Shown here: piece after piece, positions 1 to 7,660 of the stretch
Layout of the letters: each line of letters starts with the position of its first letter
Position numbering within the stretch: position 1 is the stretch's first letter
Source of the DNA: Bacillota bacterium
Lineage (GTDB): Bacteria > Bacillota > Clostridia > Christensenellales > SZUA-584
Reading direction: 5' to 3'
DNA: 64,000 nucleotides
NCBI GenBank assembly: GCA_023399095.1
Contig: JAEWQS010000040.1
Span: 3,225-67,224, forward strand
Notes under the pieces: generated by a model
What the model was told of the DNA's origin: nothing
Database searches by the model: none
Seen by the model: only the letters and a program-made list of their open reading frames with translations
Position numbers and translations under genes: made by a program

Positions 1-484
1 ATTTTTTGGTTATGGCGCTTTTCAGACTTTCGGGCGTGATGCGAAAATCGTCCTCTTCTTTTAAGACCATGGGCACAGGCGTGCCGCCCGCAAAGCTGAC
101 GCCCGGCATATAGGCCACATACGAAGGCGCAGGGACAATCACCTCGTCACCCGGGTTCATGATGGCACGAAACGCAAGATCCAGCCCTTCGCTGGCGCCC
201 ACTGTCGCCACAATTTGACTGATCTCATAACAAAGGCCAAAACGCATATCAAAATAATCGCGTATGGCTTTGCGAAGCTCTGTGCTGCCGTGGTTGGATG
301 TGTAGTGCGTGCGGCCTGCCTCCAGCGCATAAATGGCACTTTCACGTATATTCCATGGCGTGTCAAAGTCGGGTTCGCCCACACCCAAGGAAATGCAGTC
401 CTTCATTTCGCTCGCAATATCAAAAAACTTTCGTATGCCCGACGGGGGCACTTCTTTGACTCTTTCCGATATCCTCTGTTCCAT
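1..484 (-). CDS. PLP-dependent aminotransferase, class I/II (N-terminal ~161 codons; 3' end runs off the window)
   Basis: Absent from the ORF track because it is truncated. Hand translation from the ATG at 484 gives MEQRISERVKEVPPSGIRKFFDIASEMKDCISLGVGEPDFDTPWNIRESAIYALEAGRTHYTSNHG...VIVPAPSYVAY, a typical AspC/AlaT-type N-terminus. The start lies 2 nt after the stop of the Lrp gene. Confidence 0.8.
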   Translation of the reverse strand, partial: MEQRISERVKEVPPSGIRKFFDIASEMKDCISLGVGEPDFDTPWNIRESAIYALEAGRTHYTSNHGSTELRKAIRDYFDMRFGLCYEISQIVATVGASEGLDLAFRAIMNPGDEVIVPAPSYVAYMPGVSFAGGTPVPMVLKEEDDFRITPESLKSAITKK

Positions 485-486
485 CG

Positions 487-981
487 TCACGGCGAGATCA
501 CCAGCCTTTCCTCCTGTTCTTTCGTTGTGAGAATCACACCCTGTTCTTTGTATTTTCTCATTATAAAATGTGTGACCGTGCTTGATACGCCATCCAGCAC
601 TGCAAGCTTTTCAAAGACAAACTGCGAAATCTGCTTCATGCTTTCCGCACGTATCACAACCGAGAGATCGTACGTACCGGACATCAGATAAACCGATTTA
701 ACCTCAGAAAAGCCATAAATACGCTCCGCAAGATCGTCGTAGCCAAGACCGCGTTTGGGCACGACCTTCACCTCAATGAGTGCCTCTGCTTCTTCTTTGT
801 CCACTTTTTCTCTATTCACAATCGCCGTGTATTTGACAATGATCTTTTCCTGCTCCATCATCCGAATCGTTTCTTTGACCTGCTCAGCCGATGCGCCCGT
901 CATCACGGCCATATCTTCTATGCTGACCTTGGCATCATGCTCCAGCATGTCAAGAATCTCGCAATATAAAGTACTCCTCAT
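487..981 (-). CDS. Lrp/AsnC-family transcriptional regulator
   Basis: 164 aa. N-terminal HTH (ILDMLEHDAKVSIEDMAVMTGASAEQVKETI) followed by an AsnC-type ligand-binding fold (AEALIEVKV...VKSVYLMSGTYDLSVVI). Confidence 0.85.
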   Translation of the reverse strand: MRSTLYCEILDMLEHDAKVSIEDMAVMTGASAEQVKETIRMMEQEKIIVKYTAIVNREKVDKEEAEALIEVKVVPKRGLGYDDLAERIYGFSEVKSVYLMSGTYDLSVVIRAESMKQISQFVFEKLAVLDGVSSTVTHFIMRKYKEQGVILTTKEQEERLVISP

Positions 982-1081
982 TGATATACCCTCCGTGCTC
1001 TGCGTTATTCTTGGTATTCTACCACTGCTTAATGCAACCCGTCAAACCAAATGTCTTCTTATGTGACCAAGATCATAATAT

Positions 1082-1112
1082 AAAAAGCGCCGTACTCGTT
1101 TGAGTACAGCGC
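1082..1112 (-). terminator. Rho-independent terminator after the zinc-ribbon gene
   Basis: Minus strand reads GCGCTGTACTC-aaac-GAGTACGGCGC followed by TTTTTAT. Confidence 0.55.
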
Positions 1113-1129
1113 TTGTTTGCTGATTAACC

Positions 1130-1435
1130 TTAGTAACGATCTCTTCTTGCTCTGAAGCAATCGCTGCAATAAACAGGTCTCTCACCCGTGGGCTGGAACG
1201 GAACCTTTGTGGTTGCTCCGCATTCCGCACAAGTCGCATTATACATAGGACGATCGCTCGTTCTCTTCTGCTGTTTTCTTCCTTGGCGGCACTGTTGGCA
1301 CCTTTTGGGTTCATTCTCGAAACCCTTTTCCCGATAGAATTCCTGCTCAGACGCGGTAAAAACAAAAGGTGAACCGCAATCTGCACACGTCAGTGTCTTG
1401 TCTTCAAACATTTCTTCTCCTTTTTTTGTAACCAT
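1130..1435 (-). CDS. Zinc-ribbon domain protein (two CxxC pairs)
   Basis: 101 aa with CADCG...CQQC and CAECG...CSDC. This resembles the small zinc-ribbon proteins of Firmicutes. Function unknown. Confidence 0.6.
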   Translation of the reverse strand: MVTKKGEEMFEDKTLTCADCGSPFVFTASEQEFYREKGFENEPKRCQQCRQGRKQQKRTSDRPMYNATCAECGATTKVPFQPTGERPVYCSDCFRARRDRY

Positions 1436-1692
1436 GGTTCTTAAAGACGAGATGACATTTCTTAATTCCGGGCTTCATGTTTTAAAACAAACACACGCGG
1501 CTAGAAACTCTTTTCTTCGGCTTCGGACGACCATAGGATTTATATGCAGCGAATCACCACCGCATAAACCTTTATTTATTTAATCATATCACCAAAAATC
1601 ACATCCGTCAACACCGCAACCTTTAAATTCACCGAATATAAAGCGGTTTTAACAGATTAACGGCCAAAACACCTTTTCTATTGCGTCACGGG

Positions 1693-3411
1693 TTAAGTCA
1701 CCGGCGGCGTATCTGCTGGCGGCGTATCTGCTGGCGGCGTATCCGCTGGCGGGGTTTCCACGGGAATCGAGGGATCCGGACCATTCACATACACCTGACC
1801 CGTATAGGATCTGTACGTGCACTTCTCATAAGTCTCTTTATGCAGTTCATTGCCCTGCAAATCGAGGATATGAATATAGGATGTGGCGGAAGTAGAACCG
1901 CGTGCCTTTCTGTATTCATGCGATGCACCGGGGGCAATGGGTGTGCCATCGGGTGCTGTCTCGGAGTTATAGTAGACCTCCGTTCCCGGTGTTGCGCCCG
2001 TGCCGCCTTTGTCGGACGTATATGTCAGTATCACATCACCATAGGTCGCGTCAACAACGGGTGTTCCGTATATCTCAACCGTGACGTTCTCTTCATCCCT
2101 GTTCATGTAACACACAATAAACATCGATGAGGCATTGTTGTTCTTAAGCTTAAGATCAGGGCCGCCGGTACTGATTGTCGCATCAAGGCCGATCGGTATA
2201 TAGTCGGAAATAATCGAATGATGCTTAAAATCAGTGATTTCCAGGCCTGACCGTATCGACGCGTTGTACAGCGTACTCGAAATCTGGCAGACGCCGCCGC
2301 CCGGATCGGGCACGTAAGCACCGCCGCTGATTCCCGCCGCCTCATACCACCCAAGTGATACTTTTCGAGGACCCGCCGTGTCGTTTACGGACCATTCCAC
2401 ACCAGGAAGCAGCTCTACGCCATTGATTATACCACCCATTTTTGCAACATTCTTTATTCGGTTCGAGTTGTCATGGTTGCTATAGCTGGACGTCCACGAG
2501 GCCACAAGCTGCGTCTGTGCCTTCACCTGTTCCAGCGTAGCCAAGGGCTCAGTCACCTCTGTGGGTGCAGTAATCACCGCGCTTAAGTCGCCGTTTTGCA
2601 CCGCTTCCAGTATCAAAGCCGTCACTGCATCAATGTCCGTCTTCAAACCGCGCTGCTCAGGCGTGTAGAGAAACCGCGAAATGCTGGCATCCTTGGGGAT
2701 GTAATCTTTGATATATTTTGTGTTTCTCCAATATTCATAGCGGAATTTATTGGGCATTTCCGCTTCAAGTAATCTCACAAGTTGTGGTTCACCAAGCGCA
2801 TCCTTATCATAGTTTTCGGGATCATACGGCGTTCCATCCGCAAAATAGCCGTTGGGCATAAACACATATGATGCGTCCTGCGCGGCCACATTGAAGGTGG
2901 TTTCATGCGCAGCAAGAGCCGTTTTCACGCTCTGCTCGTCCGCGTTGATGCTCACCTCAAAGTCGATACCGCTTTTGGCTGATTCGACATCCTCGGTGCG
3001 CTGCATAAAATCGCCCGTGCGTCCAAAACCGATGGCCTTGGCAATCACATCCTCATAGTCGGTCGTAAGGCCGACAGCCTGTGAATCCAAAGTCTTGACT
3101 TGACCGCCGATGTCAAATTGCAGCTGAGTATCTCCCATAAGGTTATCAGCAAGGCTTTGCGTGGCTTCGCGAGCCTGCTCTTCGGTCATGCCCGAAATAT
3201 CAACGCCGCCGACCGAAACGCCCTGCATCACCGTGTTGTATTCAATGATGCGATCAATGCTGCTCACTTCTGTGTTTCCAAAATACCAAACAGCAACCGC
3301 TCCCAACGCCACAATAAGCACACTCGCAGACACGATTAAGAATATTTTTAACCCTTTTTTATTACTCTTCAGGCCTTTTTTCGTCACCGATATCGTCGTC
3401 TTTTCGGCCAT
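1693..3411 (-). CDS. VanW-family protein with N-terminal membrane anchor
   Basis: 572 aa. N-terminal TM helix (LKIFLIVSASVLIVALGAVAVWYF). VanW core GGVCQISSTLYNASIRSGLEITDFKHHS...GLDATIS. C-terminal PPADT x3 repeat. Confidence 0.8.
   Translation of the reverse strand: MAEKTTISVTKKGLKSNKKGLKIFLIVSASVLIVALGAVAVWYFGNTEVSSIDRIIEYNTVMQGVSVGGVDISGMTEEQAREATQSLADNLMGDTQLQFDIGGQVKTLDSQAVGLTTDYEDVIAKAIGFGRTGDFMQRTEDVESAKSGIDFEVSINADEQSVKTALAAHETTFNVAAQDASYVFMPNGYFADGTPYDPENYDKDALGEPQLVRLLEAEMPNKFRYEYWRNTKYIKDYIPKDASISRFLYTPEQRGLKTDIDAVTALILEAVQNGDLSAVITAPTEVTEPLATLEQVKAQTQLVASWTSSYSNHDNSNRIKNVAKMGGIINGVELLPGVEWSVNDTAGPRKVSLGWYEAAGISGGAYVPDPGGGVCQISSTLYNASIRSGLEITDFKHHSIISDYIPIGLDATISTGGPDLKLKNNNASSMFIVCYMNRDEENVTVEIYGTPVVDATYGDVILTYTSDKGGTGATPGTEVYYNSETAPDGTPIAPGASHEYRKARGSTSATSYIHILDLQGNELHKETYEKCTYRSYTGQVYVNGPDPSIPVETPPADTPPADTPPADTPPVT
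1703..1752. repeat. 15-bp tandem repeat (3 copies plus a partial) at the 3' end of the VanW gene
   Basis: GGCGGCGTATCTGCT at 1703-1717 and 1718-1732; GGCGGCGTATCCGCT at 1733-1747. Encodes PPADTPPADTPPADT. Confidence 0.8.
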
Positions 3412-3518
3412 TTATTTATCCTCCAATAAGCTAGTACAGCTTCTAATATCATATAATATATCGCTGACTTTGTAAACCAAATCCATATTCACCCGTATAA
3501 TCACGAAGCCTATGACAT

Positions 3519-5018
3519 CTATTCGACAGGCGCCGCAGGCACGGTATCAGGGTCCGCCCCGTTCACATAGATAACGCCTTTAAAGGCTTTGTATGTATCC
3601 TTTGAGAAGAACTCAGATTTCACCACATCTCCCGCATCATTAACATACTGCTTGTACACTTCCCAAGTTTGACCATCGCGTGACTTCACCCATTCAACAG
3701 TTTTACCGGCTCCAATCGGAGCGCCCTCGGGATCTGTGGCCGCATTATAATGGTATTCGGTTTCGGGCGCTTTGTCAGTTGCCACCAGCGTCGTCTTAAA
3801 TTCAACTTTATAACCATGCGTCAGCGGCGGCCCATAAACGTTGATAGTCAGTTCCTTCTCCTCTTCATCAAGCACCGTTTCAATATAAACAGGCATGTCA
3901 TAAGGATTGGATATCTTTAATTCGGGCCCGCCTGTACTAATCGTTGCATCCATTCCCTTGGGTATGTACGACGAAGGCCAACTGTGCGCCTTTCTCTCAA
4001 CAATCGTGAGCTCTGCACGTATGGACGCGTTATAAAGCGTACTTGACACCTGACAGACACCGCCGCCCACCTCCATACGGTATTTACCGTCTGCAATACC
4101 CGGCGCGTAAGCCCAGCCAACCGTCTTGACTGTATCATCGTTTCTCGGGCCTGCGGCGTCGTTGATGGACCACGTTTCACCAGGCTGTATAATGACGCCG
4201 TTCACGATCCCCGACATGATGCGGATATTGGTCACACGGTCGGCATTATCGAGACCGCTTTCGTCAAAAGACGATGTAAAGGTACCAATGAGCTGTGTGT
4301 TGGCCTTGAGCGTCGCCACGTCAATGCTCGGGTTTGTGATAATCGCGGGCGCTGCCACCACACCATAATTGCCATTGTTAATATTATCGCTTATCAGCTT
4401 GGCAAACGCCGATGCATCGATATCCACGCCTGTGACCGCTTCAATATACTTGAAACGACCTTCACCTTGCATATCGTCCAGTATCTCCAGCGTCGCATCC
4501 TGCGGCAGCATATCAATCGTGGGTTTGAGTGCGGTCAGCTTTTCTAAAACGACCGTTTCTTGCGCATACATGCCGAGTTTAAAATCGTAGCCGCTTTCCT
4601 GCGCCTGCGCCTTCTGCTCTCTTACCAAAGCGCCGTCGCCAATCTGTCCGAACTTCATCGCTTCCCTGAGTGTATGATTGATACTGGAGGTGATTCCAAG
4701 ATCCTTCGCGCTCAGCGTATATTCACGACCGCCAGCTGTGAAAGTATACGTGAATCCGTCCTCCATTTGCTGCGAAACAGACTGAAGTGTATCGTTTGTG
4801 AGTGCTTCCTCCATGGTTTGGCCTGAAATATCAACACCCTCTACAGTTACGCCCTGTATAAAATGACCACTCTCCATCAATCTGGCTTCGCGTTCTTCAA
4901 CTGTCATTCCCGCACCGGACAAAAGAAGTATCAACACCACGATCAGCGCAATAATTAATATGCCAAATGCCATAAGCATCATTTTAAATATCTGGTTATT
5001 CCTTGTTCGCCTTTGCAT
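3519..5018 (-). CDS. VanW-family protein, paralogue of the neighbouring gene
   Basis: 499 aa with the same architecture: TM anchor, then GGVCQVSSTLYNASIRAELTIVERKAHS...GMDATIS. Confidence 0.8.
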   Translation of the reverse strand: MQRRTRNNQIFKMMLMAFGILIIALIVVLILLLSGAGMTVEEREARLMESGHFIQGVTVEGVDISGQTMEEALTNDTLQSVSQQMEDGFTYTFTAGGREYTLSAKDLGITSSINHTLREAMKFGQIGDGALVREQKAQAQESGYDFKLGMYAQETVVLEKLTALKPTIDMLPQDATLEILDDMQGEGRFKYIEAVTGVDIDASAFAKLISDNINNGNYGVVAAPAIITNPSIDVATLKANTQLIGTFTSSFDESGLDNADRVTNIRIMSGIVNGVIIQPGETWSINDAAGPRNDDTVKTVGWAYAPGIADGKYRMEVGGGVCQVSSTLYNASIRAELTIVERKAHSWPSSYIPKGMDATISTGGPELKISNPYDMPVYIETVLDEEEKELTINVYGPPLTHGYKVEFKTTLVATDKAPETEYHYNAATDPEGAPIGAGKTVEWVKSRDGQTWEVYKQYVNDAGDVVKSEFFSKDTYKAFKGVIYVNGADPDTVPAAPVE

Positions 5019-5133
5019 GCTTTTTGTTCCCCCTCTCGCTATGCAATAACACAGCTAAAGATACAATAAATGAAAGCCTTTGTAAATACAAAAGCATATA
5101 TTGTCACTGATTTTACATTTTTGTCATGTGTGA

Positions 5134-5532
5134 TTAATCGATGCTTTTTATTATCTTAATAAAAGCCTTTCTCTGGCGGGGTCCGTCATATTCGCAAAAA
5201 TAGATGCTTTGCCATGTGCCAAGAATCAAACGACCGTCTTCAACGATTACGGTGAGTGAAAAACCTGTCATAAGCGCCTTTGTGTGCGAGTCGGAATTGC
5301 CCTCGCCGTGATAGAAACCGCTGTTTGGCACAGCACGCTCCAGTGCGAAAAGCACGTCGCGTTTCACATCGGGATCGGCGTTCTCATTGATCGAGACACC
5401 CGCGGTGGTGTGCGGAACAAATACGGTGACTGTCCCGCTTGTCGCACCGCTTTCCTTAACGGCACGGCTGACCACAGGCGTGATATCAATAAGCTCACAT
5501 CTTTGCGAACTGCGAATATCAATTTTTTTCAC
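5134..5532 (-). CDS. YjbQ/UPF0047-family protein (secondary thiamine-phosphate synthase-like)
   Basis: 132 aa: ELIDITP...VTVFVPHTTAGVSINENADPDV..D......HGEGNSDSH.K....G.S..VIVEDGRL.LGTWQ.IYFCEYDGPR.R. Confidence 0.8.
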   Translation of the reverse strand: MKKIDIRSSQRCELIDITPVVSRAVKESGATSGTVTVFVPHTTAGVSINENADPDVKRDVLFALERAVPNSGFYHGEGNSDSHTKALMTGFSLTVIVEDGRLILGTWQSIYFCEYDGPRQRKAFIKIIKSID

Positions 5533-6157
5533 TTTTATCCCTCATATGATAGGAAAGAATATATAAGCTGTCGCTCAAATGCACGTTTTCCACGCTGACG
5601 CCGCGCCTCACTTCTACGTCGACGGGCGCAAAATTCCAAATGCCCTTTACGCCAAGGCTCACAAGCTCATCCGCCGTTTTCTGTGCGTATGCTTTGGGGA
5701 CTGCAATAATGCCGATATCCACTTTGTTCTCTCTCACGAAGTCATCAAGTTCACTCATGGAACGGATCGTCATATTGCCAAAGTCTCGGCCAATAAGCTG
5801 CGGATCCGCATCGAACACGGCCGCAATATGATAGCCTTCTTCTGCGAAATGCCGATATTTAAGCAGGGCTTGTCCAATATTGCCGACGCCCACAATGACT
5901 GCCCGATAGGATATTCCGATACCGAGTATTTTCATTATCTCCTGCTTTAGCCGGCTCACCTGATAGCCGTAGCCCTGCTGTCCGAACCCGCCGAAGCAAT
6001 TGAGATCACGCCTGATTTGGGACGCATTGAGATTCATCTCATGGCTCATGCGGGAAGACGATACGCGCTCAATCCCTGTTGTCTCCAGTTCAGAAAGATA
6101 CCGATAATATCTGGGCAGTCGGTGTATAACCGCATCCGAGATTTTGTTGTCCTGCAT
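5519..6157 (-). CDS. rex: Redox-sensing transcriptional repressor Rex
   Basis: 212 aa: IHRLPRYYRYL...VSSSRMSHEMNLNASQIRRDLNCFGGFGQQGYGY, then the Rossmann motif VIVGVGNIGQAL. Confidence 0.9.
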   Translation of the reverse strand: MQDNKISDAVIHRLPRYYRYLSELETTGIERVSSSRMSHEMNLNASQIRRDLNCFGGFGQQGYGYQVSRLKQEIMKILGIGISYRAVIVGVGNIGQALLKYRHFAEEGYHIAAVFDADPQLIGRDFGNMTIRSMSELDDFVRENKVDIGIIAVPKAYAQKTADELVSLGVKGIWNFAPVDVEVRRGVSVENVHLSDSLYILSYHMRDKSEKN

Positions 6158-6263
6158 AACACGCCCCTCCTTTCATTATTGAAAATCATTATAACATATT
6201 CTTTTGAACAAAGACAAAGCTTTTAACGCACTGCTTTTCAATCACTTGGATTTTGGGTAAATA

Positions 6264-6288
6264 TGAAACATATTTTTCTTAAATATGT
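6264..6288. repeat. Copy 1 of a 25-nt perfect direct repeat with an internal dyad
   Basis: TGAAACATATTTTTCTTAAATATGT. Internal palindrome ACATATTT-N5-AAATATGT. Confidence 0.9.
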
Positions 6289-6438
6289 GATATTGTTGAA
6301 AAACCTACGGTTTCCCGCCAGTTTACCGATTTTGCTTGTTCCTCGCAAACTCGAAACTGCACAAAATCGCAAGGTGTGGGCTGCGCGGGCATAGCCCGTC
6401 TTGCCCACGAATTATATTTCAAGGCTTTTCTTACAGTC

Positions 6439-6463
6439 TGAAACATATTTTTCTTAAATATGT
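6439..6463. repeat. Copy 2 of the 25-nt perfect direct repeat
   Basis: 25/25 identical to 6264-6288, lying 175 bp downstream. Confidence 0.9.
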
Positions 6464-6600
6464 TTGACGGCAATATCATGGATAGAGTAGAATTATTCTA
6501 AACAAAAGATCATGATAGTATTGCAGTCACGTACATTAAATATTTTGCCATCAAAACAATGGCTTATCATATTCAGTTCATTATATCAGGAGGTTTATTT

Positions 6601-7410
6601 ATGAATAAGAGGGGCAGAATGTCCGCGTTTGTCATGGGTCTCATCGCAGGTATTTTTAACATGATTATTGGCATCATTGTTTTCTTAGCCGGTATGTTTA
6701 CCGTTTCAACATCATCCATGTTCGGGTTGGATAACGCCGCAGGAGCTGCTTGGATCGTCGTCTTCTTGGTGTTTATAGTGGTGATATTCAACCTCATCGG
6801 AGGCTGCATCGTCCGAAGCAACCGCGTTGCAGGCGGCGTGATGATGCTGGTGACAGGAGTGCCGCTGTTTATCCTCAGCTTAATAGGGACGCTTGGTACT
6901 ACGGCCGCATATTCTTACTCATATTCTTATGGTTATTCCGATTTTAACGCATCGCTGATCGTTTGTATCTTTATTATGGTGATTGAATTGCTATCGATTA
7001 TTGCCGGTATTATCGCCTTCGTGCCGCCAAGCAATGCAAACGCTTATGCACAATACGGTCAGCCATATCCGGGGTATGGTCAGCCCTACGGTCAGCAGCC
7101 TTATCCGGGCTATCCTCAACAGCCCTATGGTCAGCCGCCCTACCAAGCCAATGCCCCACAGCCAAACGGCCAGCAGCCTTATCAAGGTTACGCTCAGCAG
7201 CCACCTTACCAAGGCTATGCCCAGCAGCCGAATACCCAGCAGCATCCTTACCAAGGCAACGCGCAGCAGCCGGATACCCAGCAGCCGTCTTACCAAGCGG
7301 CGCAACAACAGGAGAATCCGCAGCAATCGGATTCTGCCGGACCTCAAGCAGCTGAACCCACAAGTCCCATCCAAGTTGACAGCAATGAAGACGTGACTCC
7401 CAATATGTAA
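6601..7410 (+). CDS. Polytopic membrane protein with a P/Q/Y/G-rich low-complexity C-terminal tail
   Basis: I prefer the ATG at 6601, which follows AGGAGG (6588-6593), over the track start at 6559. Four predicted TM helices, then about 110 aa of QPYPGY/QQPYQGYAQQP-type repeats. Confidence 0.6.
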   Translation: MNKRGRMSAFVMGLIAGIFNMIIGIIVFLAGMFTVSTSSMFGLDNAAGAAWIVVFLVFIVVIFNLIGGCIVRSNRVAGGVMMLVTGVPLFILSLIGTLGTTAAYSYSYSYGYSDFNASLIVCIFIMVIELLSIIAGIIAFVPPSNANAYAQYGQPYPGYGQPYGQQPYPGYPQQPYGQPPYQANAPQPNGQQPYQGYAQQPPYQGYAQQPNTQQHPYQGNAQQPDTQQPSYQAAQQQENPQQSDSAGPQAAEPTSPIQVDSNEDVTPNM

Positions 7411-7424
7411 CTGAACATTTGAAA

Positions 7425-7455
7425 GCCTGCGCAGAACGCGCAGGCCTTTTGTTTT
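7425..7455 (+). terminator. Rho-independent terminator
   Basis: GCCTGCGC-agaac-GCGCAGGC followed by CTTTTGTTTT. Confidence 0.75.
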
Positions 7456-7660
7456 AGAAAAGCATAAAAAAGCGGGGCTATGTCGAAAAAGATGTTTATG
7501 TTATTTCGATCGAGCTAAGTGATTGAGGAATCCCCTTATGTAAAGCATTTTTCATGGGATTCCAGTCCACTACCGTAGTCGACAGGCTCGGAATGACCAG
7601 ATGGGGTTTATCGACAGGCTGAATCGGGCTATTCCCATGCCTGCTTTTCTGCACCATATA

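Noticed and set aside
157-691. Track ORFs 157-384(-), 215-691(+) and 333-530(+)
   Set aside because: They overlap the clearly recognisable aminotransferase reading frame (1-484, minus strand) and the Lrp gene. Their sequences look like out-of-frame or antisense translations.
6279-6479. 66-aa ORF inside the repeat-bracketed intergenic segment
   Set aside because: It has no RBS and an implausible composition. It begins and ends within the two 25-nt repeats, so the region is better explained as non-coding.
7527-7620. Hairpin GGAATCCC-N21-GGGATTCC and a 10-bp direct repeat TCGACAGGCT (7579-7588, 7611-7620) in the 250-bp gap downstream of the reductase gene
   Set aside because: The hairpin is short, lacks a U-tract and matches no RNA family or repeat family I recognise. 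A CTACGGT string on the minus strand resembles the REP flank but has no adjacent GC hairpin. There is too little evidence to call anything.
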